A stretch of 64,000 nt of DNA from Lingula anatina. Its lineage: Eukaryota > Animalia > Brachiopoda. The stretch spans positions 9,052,001 to 9,116,000 of the forward strand of contig CM120649.1 of the NCBI GenBank assembly GCA_051362555.1. Reading direction: 5' to 3'. A model generated the notes under the pieces. It saw nothing but the letters and a program-made list of their open reading frames with translations. It did not search any database and was not told where the DNA came from. Below, piece after piece: positions 13,499-25,911 of this stretch. The stretch's first letter is position 1, and the number at the start of each line of letters is the position of its first letter. Made by a program: the position numbers and the translations under genes.

Positions 13499-16400
13499 TC
13501 AAATCATATTAAGTCTGGTTTATTTCAAATACTTGACTAGAGCGTTTGAATTGCAACGTTAGATGATAGTGCTGACGCTGTGCTGATTACCACAGGCAGA
13601 ATACAAACGATGAGCTCGCCCGCATTTTTGGGTTGGTCGCTTTTTGTGTCTGTATGTGTTTGTGTAAAATTAAGCTACCGGCAGGCTCCACTTTAATGTT
13701 TGATGCTGGCATATACCTGGCAATTGTAGCTCAAACTTTCATCTATGAAAGCGTTCGTATTACAGTGTGGTGAATTAATTACAACAATTCAGAAAAGACG
13801 ACCCGTGGTCCGTCCGTGCGCATGACGATATACTGTATGCAGAGACCACTCCTGAACACGGAATAAATATGAATAAACACCAGTATAATTTGGAGAAATG
13901 GAAAATTAAATTTTTAAGTTTCAAAAACAATCTGACATTGTTTAATTATTTAAAGCTGTTTCATTACTTAAAGCATCTTTCGTTGCAGTGTGTACAACCT
14001 TTCCATTGCGGCTCCTACGCCAACATGTGGCTAAGCGACCCTGAACCAGCTGAGGCCGACGGCTCGGTGGACAGGCAAGTCTGTGTCAGCTCGGAGCCAG
14101 ATTGCTGCGTCGACACCCTAACAGTGAAGGTTCTCAACTGTGGCTCACACTTCTTGTATTACTTGCCACAAGCGCCTGCCTGCTACGCAACTTTCTGTGG
14201 AGATAACTAGGCTCAGTCGCACAACCCGCCTAACAATAATTTGATTTAAGTTTAAAAGGAATTTAATACACGAGAACTTACGTACATGTACACACGCGCT
14301 CGCTCGCCCAAAACACCCCCCCCCCCCTCCCCCCCCCCCCCCCCCCCCCCACATGCTAATCAATCAATAATCTTACTTTCCAGCAAATGCAACTTCTCGA
14401 GACGATGAGCCAGGTATCACCGCATTGATGACTAGGAGGGTTCCACACGGTCTGTGGCAGACGTTCTTTTTAGAACTTTATTTTCACTCATCACTCAAAC
14501 AGATGCCGGCAAACATGCATAGCACGTGCACGCCTACACACACGCACATAATGCCACAAACCATGAACACACAATCACAAACAAACAATTGGCACTTCAA
14601 TCGATAATGTTCCTGGAAAAATTATTTCAAATTCTATAACGTTTGATGAACAAAAAACCATTTAGAGGGAAAGGTCTCGAGAGCAATAAAAAGAAATAAA
14701 AAAACTTTCATGTATCATTTGTTTGACAACATTTGAACACAATGAATGAAACCCCCATAAAAGGCCAATTAAATCGCTATTGATTCTCTTATACTAAACA
14801 TGGGAAATAATACGTTTTTTAAAATATAATTTTTTATTCATATTAAAATTAAAGAAATTTCCTTAATAAAATTATTGATTTTGATAGTGGTTACTTGTAG
14901 ACTAGGCTCAACCTGAAGCAGGAACCATTTACCCACACCGAGTGTCAGAGCCTTTCTCTCTAAATGAGAGAGAGAGAGGAAAGAAGAAGAAGAAAAAGAG
15001 AGGGGGGTACTTTGTTACTTGATCGTGTTCTTGCGCTTTGTCACTCTCTACACATCCGGTTTCTATCACGATTTTACTCGGAGCTTGTGAGCAAAAACGG
15101 CAAATCTGGCTAGGGAAGCTTTTACTAATATATGTACATGTATTTTTGTAATTTTACTTTTAACTTTCACAAAATATTGTGAAATCTTTGCTATCTGTTT
15201 AATTTCTTTTGCACATTTTCCGGAAATAGTCTAAACTTATTAAGTATCAATAATGATCAGAAGTCCAAAACTATTTTCCATCGTACCTTTTCATTTTGTT
15301 CTTCTTGAAATTGACGGAGAGAAGAAGAGAGGACGGTTTGGTGATGTCATAAACTATGGCAAATAATCACATTTTAAGTTGGTATTTGTCCCGTATATAG
15401 TCAATAAACCAAGATGGCAACAACAACAACAACAACAACAATAAAAATATTATTAATAATAAAAATAAATTTAATTTACGCATCCTTTACGCTATCAGGA
15501 GGCTATGAAGATAAACGAAGTTAGTTTCAGATGCAGAAAACGTTTTATTTGGACTCGCGACTGAAGTAATTTTTTACCACTAACGCTCCCTTGGCGTTAC
15601 AAGATTACGTGATCATATATTTTTAATCTCGTATGTACTTTTTCATAGATTGAAGAGGGGTCCAACTACTCCCGGTTCCCCTACCTATCCTAAAAAGTTG
15701 AGTAAAAAACCTTCATAAACCTGTTTTTGAGTTAGAAATTCAATCTCTTATCTATATTGTCACGACTGAAATTTAACAGTCTCTATACCTCTGTTACGAG
15801 AGAGGGCCCCCAAAACGCCTTTAAAAGGTTTACGGTCGTGGCGGGGCTAATTGGCATAAGCGTCCGAGTAAGTTTGCACACTATAGGCCTACAGTAAGTA
15901 TTCCATATGAACGCCTTGAGATAAACTTTTACACATTTTAAAATTTCACGTGTATAAGATTGATTTTTAGAGCCTTTGATAAATTAGTAGTCCAAATGAA
16001 TCAGATATATCGAGGTTTTTATGCGTTACTTCATTATTTTGAATGTGTTGAAAAAAACGTAACAACAGCCCATGGCAAATATCTATGAATCAAACTTGTT
16101 TTTTTTTATTTAGAATAATCTTATAGTGGCATATAATAGGTTTTCAATAAATGATAACGAATAATAAACTTTTGTTTTACAAATACCTCATAAACGCAGC
16201 CTTCAACTGGTAGCCTATTAATTTAACAAACCCTTGACTTTGTTCTAACATCAAATTCATGTATCACATATGTTGTTTTGGTCTCCTGGGAGCCGTTACT
16301 CGAAAGCATCGCGTATTGCTAATGGCGATATTAGAGGCTACAGTGTATTGTATGGGGCGAGTACGGGCGAGTTATGGAATCGAGACGCTTGCGCTAGGTC

Positions 16401-16880
16401 GCAATGCGCGATGCTTTCGAGCTACGGGGCCTGGTGTGCGTCTTTCATATGACCAATTCAAACAACGAATACATCTTATTCGACCACAAGCCTATGAAAA
16501 TAGATTTTAAAATCTTTTTAGCAAAATTACTTTTGGATGCAGAAATTCTTCATTTGGGTTCACCGCTTGACTTTAGGCTAACTATTTTGGGACTGACGTT
16601 TTCTTGGCATTGATGGGTACAGTCACTTTCCATGGTTATGAGATCATTTTTTTACCTCTTGGGCCTACATGTAGTTACATTTTCATAAATTGACGAGGGG
16701 CGAACTTAGGCCTACCCTGGGGTCCAACTAGCCCCAGTCTACAGATTCTAGGCCCTAGCTTGGTGATTATGCGAATTTGAAGTTGAATGCCAGGCAAACT
16801 GCAAAGAAAGTTGATAAAATTGATGATGTATATTTAAACAAAAAAATTAAAAAGTCGTCTACTGTGTAGACCTACCGATA

Positions 16881-16967
16881 TCCATAACATTCTTAGGGCA
16901 ACTGTAGATAACGAGTGCAACTGGCAGTTGCACTCGTTATCTACAGTTACCGTAAGAATGTTATGGA
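16881..16967. repeat. 87-bp near-perfect palindrome in the WDFY promoter region
   Basis: Two 43-bp arms (TCCATAACATTCTTA...GAGTGCAACTG / CAGTTGCACTC...TAAGAATGTTATGGA) with a 1-nt centre and 2 mismatches. Confidence 0.92.
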
Positions 16968-17000
16968 GAAGATGCGTGAATTGCTACAGTGGGGATGAAA

Positions 17001-17025
17001 TCACGTGACGGTTCAAGATGGCGGC
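17001..17025 (+). promoter_or_regulatory. E-box/CLEAR-like TCACGTGAC plus YY1-type CAAGATGGCGGC over the WDFY start codon
   Basis: Motif matches at 17001-17009 and 17014-17025. Confidence 0.5.
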
Positions 17026-20000
17026 GGAAATCAAGTCTCCAGTTCCTCCGCAAGGAAATGTCCGAAAACCTCAGCTAATAAACAAGTTAGAGGGCATTTC
17101 AGATGCTATAAATATGGCTGTGATAATTCCGCGAGAAGACGGTGTCATTAGCGTGAGTGACGATAAGTAAGTAAAGCGGGTGGAGCTTTTGTAGGCGTTG
17201 CATTGGGGATCGCTATGTCTCGGTGTATCTGTCAGTATGACTGTGCAGAGATTTTGAGTTGACTGTTGAGTGCTGGGAGCCTGTGGACTGCCCTCTGTGA
17301 CTGCCTCCTTTGGTCCGGTACTGAGTAGCATCGGGGACCGTTCCATGCCCACTGGCTGTAATTTTTTCTGCCATTAGATGACACATCCATTTAAACTCAG
17401 AATTATTTATTTATTTATTGTTGATTTTTGCATTTTCCTTATAAGTTGGAGTACCAGTATGTTACCCTCAGGTGGTTACCCACCCCCTTCTGCACACAAT
17501 CACATCACCTCAGAACTTTTCTGTGTATTAGAGGGTTGATAACCACCACACCATTAAATGAAATGTTTTGGTGTTTGAATGATGCAGATGTTCAGATGTT
17601 ATCAGTGGATTAATTAATGCCCTTTGAACTTTGTGTTGTACAATGTTAACATTGTGACACTTCATTCATTTTTAGTGCCATGAGTTCTGGCTGAGTATTT
17701 TGTATTATTGAAAAACGATATCAAACAGTGTTATTTCTAATTTTGAACAATGTTGGAAAAGAAAAAAATCTACTACATACAGGCTATACTTGTCATCTCC
17801 CCTCCCTCCATTCTCCTGACATGCTGTATGTTTCACTGTCTACATGTACATGTGCCCAGTATTTTCTGTGTTGATCATAAGATCGTGACTCAGTCTTGAT
17901 AATAGCCTCCTCTTTTGTTGCTCTTGTTATGAATACAGCTGATGACTCATCGATTGAGATGACAGCTTGTTACATGTGCTGGTACACATCACTAATTATT
18001 CTTTATTTAATTAATACATACAGTTGTACTTAAAATGTTAAAGTTTATCTTATGTACTACTTATTTCAATATTTTACTCATACTTAGAGATTTACTATCT
18101 TTAAAGGTACTATTTAGATGGGCTTTGGTGGAGTGTGAATTCTCAGTAATGTATATAACTAGTACTTCTACTAGTTTCTTATATGTCTCAAATGAAGTCA
18201 ATATGTCAGGGGATAAGCTTAATTAATCACTTGATAAAAGAGCTTAAAACTGCACCTTATTCAAATTTTGATCCCATATTTGACCTACAACTTATCTGCC
18301 CTATTTATATATATACTAGCACAACACAGAAAGCAAACAGAAAATCTGTTTAAATATCATTTTTTGTAATATTGCGTATGTCTTTTGGTATTTCTCTGAG
18401 TTATACTGTTTGAAAATATATGGTGGCAATTTGCTGGCTTTTGTAGCAAAAAAATTGACTTTAAATGCATCTTTAGTTGCTTATAAACATGTATTTTTTA
18501 TATGTGGCATGTGGACTTGAGTGGTTTTGAAAACTAGTAGTTGTGATTTATATGCATTAAAGAGAGTCTATTCTTGCTTCATATGCAGCTTTAATATGAC
18601 AGTACTAATGATATGACTAGCAGCAGTATTACTGATGTCCACTTCAGGACTGTGCGGGTGTGGTTGAAGAGGGACACTGGGCAGTACTGGCCCAGCATAT
18701 GTCATAGCATGCCAGCCGAAGCCTCCGCTCTGGACTATAATGCTGAAACCAGGAGATTGTTTATTGGGATGGACAATGGAACCATCTCTGTAAGTACCTG
18801 GACACTTATAGCTATATTTCTACCATGACAGATATATCAAGAATAAAAGACCAAGGGGTTGTTTAGCTCATATCACTGCATGGACGAATGCCAGCTAATT
18901 TGGAAGACTGACAGAAAATATCTCTGGATCTGCTCCTGTGTAGTATAAATATACAGTAGGTCTGACTTGGATATTAGTCCACCACAGGGGGATTACTAGA
19001 CACTCTCTCCCAGTTCACATTTATGCTCGTCATCATAAAATACCCCCTTGATGACCAGTGGGGAGGGGGGGGGGGGTATCTATAAGATATTTGAAAAAGA
19101 AATTAGCTCTTTTATTCAATTGCTTGTTATTCAGTGAAATGCATCTTGTGGCTCTTGGTCTACTGTACTTCCAAGTCATATTGAGTAGAAGATGAAATAT
19201 CAAATAGTATCATTTTTTTCCCCTGAAAATAGGAAAATGATTTTATATTCTGTATGTAGAACTAGCATGCAAAAGAAAATAGGTCTTTAAGTAATTTTAT
19301 TTTTGGTAATTAAACTAAGTAAATCAGTCAGTTAATAGGTGAGTGTCCAAACGAACAAAAAGAAACAAAAGAATGTGCAGTATAAGGATAAAAACCAAAA
19401 AAGTAAATTACAGAATAATGTGCTATTGTACATAATGTTTATATATAACAAAAAAATCGAATTTATTTTTAGATTGGAGTAATATATATGTATCTGTAAT
19501 AAAATGATTCCACTGTCACCATGCATAATTTTTACACCAGCCAGAATTCAGCTAAAGAGATGACACCTCCTAATGTGAGATTGAAAGTTCTGCAATAAGT
19601 ACAGTGTAAATAACATATAACTAATTTAATTTTAACACCAAAACAGCATATATTGCAATTAACCATAAATCTTTGTTTGCCATGAGACCACGTAAACCTC
19701 CATAGATGGCTACCCTCCTTAATAATCTTTTAAGAGATTATTACAAAAAATGTTTAAAAAAAAAAACTATCCATTAACTTTGAATGTCTGAATTGATTCA
19801 TTAACCATTGGTAAGTATGGGAACATCTTCATTTACCCCAGGAAAATCCTATTTATGGCACTTTCCCCACCAAAATGAAGAATTGCTATCAATATTTTCC
19901 AGGAATTCCAGTTGGCAGATGATTTCAACAGAATGACGCAAACAAGGGATTATTTAGGTTAGTTGTGCAAAGTAGTACACCAGGAAGTTTTAATACTTCT

Positions 20001-23000
20001 GAAATTACATTTTAGCATCTTGTTTAATTGAGATATGAATACAAGTGCAGTGTGCTGCCAGCAACTTAGCCTTATTGTAATGGATAGAAGTGTACTGCAT
20101 TGTTCCCTTTGCTTATCCTTTTCTTCGATGTAGACAGTCGGGGGTAGCGCTAGCAGTTTTTTCCTGTAGCCAAATTTCATTACTTTGTTTGCAAAATGGT
20201 TTAAATTTGACTAAAACAAGTCAAATTAGCCCTATTTTGTTTAGCCATTTGAAGTCAGTTTTAGAATTTGGCTAAATAGACAAGTGTTCAAATCTTTACC
20301 TTGTGCTATAAAATTAGTTACAGTCTAATGCAGTGACACGACCATAAATGTGATGATTATTCATTTATTTATGTACAGTGTGTGTGTGCGTGCATGCAGG
20401 TTTCTTTTTGCAGTGTATCCATTATGATTTGACAATCATATCAGTAGTGTTAATATTTCAGCTCACCAGAACCGTGTGACTAGTCTGTACTTCACACTGA
20501 ACTGTGAGTGGGTTCTCAGTGTTGGCAGAGACAAGTACTTTACCTGGCACTGCTCTGAGACTGGGAGAAGACTGGGAGGAAGTCAGGCCAATGCCTGGTG
20601 CACCAGTCTCAAGTGTCCTTCACTTCAGGAATAGTGGCTGATATGGGAAAAACTTAATAAAAAAAGTTATAATAATAATAATAATAATTATCAGAGGAAA
20701 TCAAATAGCCCTGAGTGAGTAGAAGGCTTAATCTGTACAGTAGTTGCATTTTCTTTAATACTAACATAATAATTCTAGTTATAATTGTGGCCAAATAACA
20801 TCAGGACCAGTTTGCCTTAATTAGTGTTCAGATTTGATGAGCAATCCAAGGTGGCATTTGTAGGTGACTACGGGGGGCACATCATGGTCATCAAGGTGAC
20901 AAATAACTCCTGTGACGTGTCAACCACATTGAAAGGACACCAAGGTGAGTGGAACAGTACAGGTGTGTTCAGGTGTGTTCTTTGGACTGGAAAGCTTGTA
21001 CATGTACCCTAGAGACATCTGGTGTCAGAAATAACATAATGATTATCAGATCGAAGCAAAAGATGGGGCATAAAATAATATTATAAACACTGTTCATTAT
21101 ACAAAAACTTAGTTTATAGAATCTCCCTCAAGTTATACATTTGAATTCTTAAATTTGCATGCAGTGTTAAATCCTTGAAGTATGCCAAGTTTCAATTGTA
21201 TTTTTCTAAGTATTTATAATTTTATTTATATCTTTATTATGTATGGAATGAAAATTATATTTACAATTTATATTTAGCTTTCTAAACAACTATTTGACTA
21301 CAGTGTTCATTACATGGACTTGTACAACATATTTACCCTGAAGCTGATAAAACTGTCTTCTGATAATGAGCTATTAGTATAAATTGCAGGCAGTGTGCGG
21401 TCACTGGCGTGGGATGCAGAGAGAAGTTTGTTGTTCTCAGGCAGCTTTGACCAGTCTATTATAGTGTGGGATATTGGGGGTCAGCAGGGAACAGCCATAG
21501 AACTACAAGGACATCAGTATGTATTTAGGATATACTCTGTATTTTGTCTTATACCGAGCTCATAGATGGCTCTACTGGTAGAGTGCTAATCTCTGGTGCA
21601 CTAGGCTGTTTATTTCCCATTGTAGGGTTATACCTAAGATTAGATGATTATAAAAAAGTTTCCTTGCTAAGCACTCACCATGTACAGGATGAGGCAGTGA
21701 ATATAGACCTGGTCATATGGTAGTGCTGATACACTGACCTAATGGGATTGTGGAGCAGGAGGACCATGTTCTACCCTGTTCTTCATGAGCTTACTTTTTG
21801 TTTCCCCTCTCGGCACTCTGCAGGTTGAGTTGAAGCAGGGGTTGAATTTCTAGTCAGGCAGTGAAAGATATTGTTTAATTGCTATCTTTCAGTGCCTCAT
21901 ATGACAGCTATGCTTTATCCTCCCCAGGGAGGCAAGAACATCATCACCTATCTGCATCAGGGCCAAAAATGTATGATGTAAACAGCACAGAGATGCTTGT
22001 GGAGTGCAGCATTTAAGACTGTGAACTTTATTTTAATTGTGAATGATAATCATATTATTGCCACATATGCCATTGTTTGGGCTGTATGCGCCCCAGGGAG
22101 ATGTGATCATTTCTTGCTTCCATTTATTTGTATTAGTTTCTAATTGCAACTGGCTCTGCATGCTCTTTCCTTTTCCGTCTCTCTCTCTCTCTTTCTCTCT
22201 CTGTCTATCTCAATTTCTAATTGTAACTTTTGCACATAATTCTATATGTGGAATGAATGTCATACACAGTACAGTACAAGCTGCCAATGATGTACTTCTT
22301 ATTTTAACACACTTTATTCAGAAATGTTTGTCAATTCAGGGACAAAGTAGTCAGCTTAGTATATGGTTCCTCCTCTAGACAGTTGTTTTCCTCTGGAGAT
22401 GACAATATGTTAGTTATATGGAATATGGATGTACAGAGGACAGAGGTAAGAAGTGGCCTCCTGAAATAATTCATTGACATTTTTGAAAATAAAAACATTA
22501 AAGAGATAGTATACTATAGAATCTGTAGAATTAAAAGTTCTTTTATAATAAAAGAAAAGAAAAATACAGGAAATTGGTCTTGTTTAAAATGTGCATACAA
22601 TTTGACATGATGAGTGGTAAAATTGGATTTATTAATAAAACATCTTGGAATTATAATGATACAGTGCTGAAAGCCAGGCTCAAATTCTATATTTCATCAA
22701 GGTCAGATCATAGATTCTTGAGGTATTTTTCAACAAAAAGGATGCAGTTGCATTATCCACATAACTTGTATGTACATGTAAAAAGGTGGAAACCATTTTA
22801 GTTTTATTTTTATATATTTATCTGTTTCTGATTTTTATATGATTTTGATTTCAGACACCTGAGTGGATAGAAAGTGATATGTGCCAAAAATGTGATTGTC
22901 CTTTTTTCTGGAATTTTAAAAGAATGTGGGAACAAAAAACAATAGGTAACAGACAGGTAAATAATAATATACTTGTCATTGCTATTATCTTAAGATATTG

Positions 23001-25911
23001 ACATATGATATTTTATGCAATGAAATACTGTTATATAGGATAAGACACATGTTACAGTATTTATACCTGTTTTCTATATAAGGCCACACTTTTTTATTTT
23101 TATGGATGACATCCTGTGGGGACCCCGAAATCGGTGCGAGAGGGCGAAAAAAAAAAAAAAAACAGTCAAAAAAAAAAAAATACTGCTTAAGTAAAGGAAT
23201 GCTGTCAGTATATAGCTAAAAACACAAATTTACCACAGAATCACGTATCAAACTAACACTATATGTCTTTATCCATGCTCTCAAAATATTAAAGCATTGT
23301 CAATACTTCGTAGAAAGGTAAAAAAAGTCATGAATAGATATGCTGCATATTACCAAATCTATTTAAAGTTATTTTATGCATTTTGTTGGTATACCAATCA
23401 ATAAAACAAATATTAAACAAACAGTATGTCTTTATTTGTGCTCTCAGAATATTAAAGCATTAAGAACACTTCACAGAAATGTTAAAAAATCATATTTTAA
23501 TATACATTTTGAAAAAAAATCAGTTATGCTTAATACTACCAAATCTATAAAAGGTCATTTCGGTCAATGCCGCTTTGTCTACTTTGACTCGCACGAAGCA
23601 GCCACACTGTCGGGTGGTCTGTCCGACCTTCAGCCCACCAAATACGTCGACCCCCTTGTCAACCCTGTTTTCGCTCCTATAAAAAAACCTGGTATGTGCT
23701 GCTTTGGACGGAATGTCACTGAAATTTTCCGGGCGATAATCGCTGGTCGCCGCCAGCCTTTCGTATAATTATAGAAAGGTGATATCTCCATGCCCAATAT
23801 CAATGGCATACCAATCCAAAACGACGGCCTCCGTCCTCTTTATGACTTTATTTGTTGTGTAATATGACAGTAATCCTAGAGATGAATTTGACGGCAAAGC
23901 GCCAGTTTCCACATGGCAATAATACATATACGCAGAAAGCTCATTTCCGGGAAAATTGAATAAAGACGTTTGTGACAACCGACTTTGTTTGGGGTGAGTT
24001 TTTTTTTTTCAGAGAATGGACGAAAATCGGTGCACGCGCAGGATGCCATTGATTAAAAATGAAAAAAGTGTGGCCTAAAGAAAAATAAATATAGTAGTTA
24101 CTGTTAGTACTAGTACATGCATGTAACATGCAAATAAACTTTATTTGTATCTATGCGGATATAAAATAAAATGGCAAATTATTGATGTCATAAATTGAAC
24201 AAAGTACTTGTCCTATGCAGTTAGAGCAGAGTAGAAACATCATTCTATTTTATTGTCAGAGTATGAAGCACTGTGTAACAGCAGCAGTGATGGCGATGCC
24301 AGTCTGAATTACTAGAAGTTGCCTGGTGCCAGAATTATGTGTGATATTGTAGTCACCACAGAAATAAATGCATAGTTAGACAGTTTGATAACATTACTAC
24401 ACCCTGCCAGTGAAAATTAAGTAATTAAGTGTTAAAATGGAGTATACATATCATAGCCGATGCTCATAAACAGTTGGTTTGAGCTCCTGCGGTTTGTCTT
24501 TATCCAGTAGTTTTCATCAGGATTGTCAGAGCTCCTATACCATCTATGTATGGGTGTCCTGTACATTGTGTATGATATTCAAATTTTATCCTTCATTTCA
24601 TAGAGCAGGATGAATGAATTCTATATACTGTAGACATCCTAGCCACCCGTATACTTCCAGTTGCACATGTATGTTTTTCAAGACTGACATTTCTTTCAAA
24701 TACATGTATTAAGTACCTTATTTCCAGCACCACTGCAGAAAATGTGGGAAGGCTGTGTGTAACAACTGCAGCAGCAAGCGGTCCACGCTCCCAGTGATGG
24801 GCTTTGAGTTTCCAGTGAGACTCTGCGATGCTTGTTTTGATTCAATCACAGATGAAGAGTAGGTGGTCACGTGATAACATGATTTCTTTTCTTTGATAAA
24901 TGAGCAATCAGTATGTTTCCTAGCTTCCTGTAAAAACATATTGATGTAAACTTTAAACATTGTCAGTGATCTTCTTAGAGACAATGTTTTGCATACAGTC
25001 CCTGTGCAAAAATTCATATCATACATGTGAATATTACTTTACTATTATGATAATGCTACTAGTGATATCATGATGGACATATCTCTTTGACCTATGTTCT
25101 TTGAATTATATAATATGTAACTTCATGAAAAAATTACAGATGATGAATTTGATGTTATTTTTTATTCTGCCAAAAATGTTTTCAGTCGAGCACCGATGGC
25201 CACATTTCATGACATGAAACATGCTGTAGTTTTCATGCATTTAGATGAAACTAAGAAAAGGTTGCTCACAGTGGGCAAAGATAGAATAATTAAGGTAACT
25301 TTAGATGAGTTTTGATAAAGGTGATAGCAGTGTGGCACAGCACTGACAGTGATCATGACCATTAAACAGCAATTCTTCCAGTGGAACTACTTGAGCTGTG
25401 ATTTTTTTCACCAAATTGGAGTCACATTTTATTCATCATTTCTAATTCTAAATCCATGATGATGTTTACAAATTGAAAATTAAACAATGCTATGAAGTTT
25501 GCTTTGAAATGGACAAAAATGGTAGTTTTAAAATATCCATCACATTTTAGTTAATTAATAACCACAGTACTGTTTATCTATACTGTGATGACCTAACATG
25601 ATCACCCACACTGTGCTGTATTTATTATACCTTTTAGTAAAATTTTAAGGTCTCTGATTGCATGGTCAATAACCTTGCTCTAAAGTGTATATTGCAACTT
25701 CAAATTTTTTGTCATATAAGATGTTTGCGCGATGTGTTTTTAACATATCATTAAAATACAGATTATTTTAATAATATATCCTGTATGGTATAGTGAATTA
25801 ATTTGATATCTTGCATTTGAAAAATAAAAATAATGTCAGGTTTTGATTTACTGCTATAATTTATTGCTGTATACTTTTCAGCTCTGGGATGTGAGCAGTG
25901 TGCTGCATTAG
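17018..25911 (+). CDS. WDFY2: WD repeat and FYVE domain-containing protein (WDFY1/2 orthologue, ~404 aa); exons 17018-17166, 18648-18789, 19903-19957, 20462-20612, 20832-20944, 21390-21516, 22340-22445, 22855-22956, 24728-24858, 25186-25294, 25882-25911
   Basis: Peptides MAAEI..., [43 protein letters not shown], the FYVE region ([39 protein letters not shown]) and [16 protein letters not shown]. Phases are consistent over 1215 nt. Confidence 0.95.
20613..20831 (+). other. Probable U12-type (minor spliceosome) intron in WDFY
   Basis: The 5' site is GTGTCCTTCA (U12 consensus GTATCCTT). The branch-like GCCTTAAT is ~11 nt from the AG, and there is no polypyrimidine tract. Confidence 0.75.
21556..22040 (+). 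mobile_element. Degenerate SINE-like insertion in WDFY intron 6
   Basis: tRNA A-box-like head (TGGCTCTACTGGTAGAGTG), a central block reminiscent of aquatic-invertebrate SINEs and a LINE-tail-like end. Pattern recognition only. Confidence 0.3.
23082..24075. mobile_element. Non-autonomous PIF/Harbinger-type element (~1 kb) in WDFY intron 8
   Basis: TIRs GGCCACACTTTTTT / AAAAAAGTGTGGCC with TAA on both flanks (23079-81 and 24076-78). Confidence 0.85.

Larger units (their letters stand above)
9516..14210 (+). pseudogene. Secreted UMOD/GP2/OIT3-like D8C-domain gene, frameshifted in exon 2; exons 9516-9588, 12438-12623, 13989-14210
   Basis: Exon 1 is a signal peptide (MSFLVTCTNTAVLLVVGMSLVYGQ, phase 1). 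Exon 2 reads DTCDTIQPMELNQAWRN...HCDR and, in a shifted frame, GWYRFTGDAGTKLANE. Exon 3 reads CVQPFHCGSYANMWL...VCVS...CC...VKVLNCGSHFLYYL...C...FC, the D8C signature. Exon 2's entry frame stops at TGA 12560-12562. Confidence 0.75.

Noticed and set aside
23376-23768. 130-aa ORF in WDFY intron 8
   Set aside because: It lies inside the non-autonomous Harbinger-type element and has no transposase motif.
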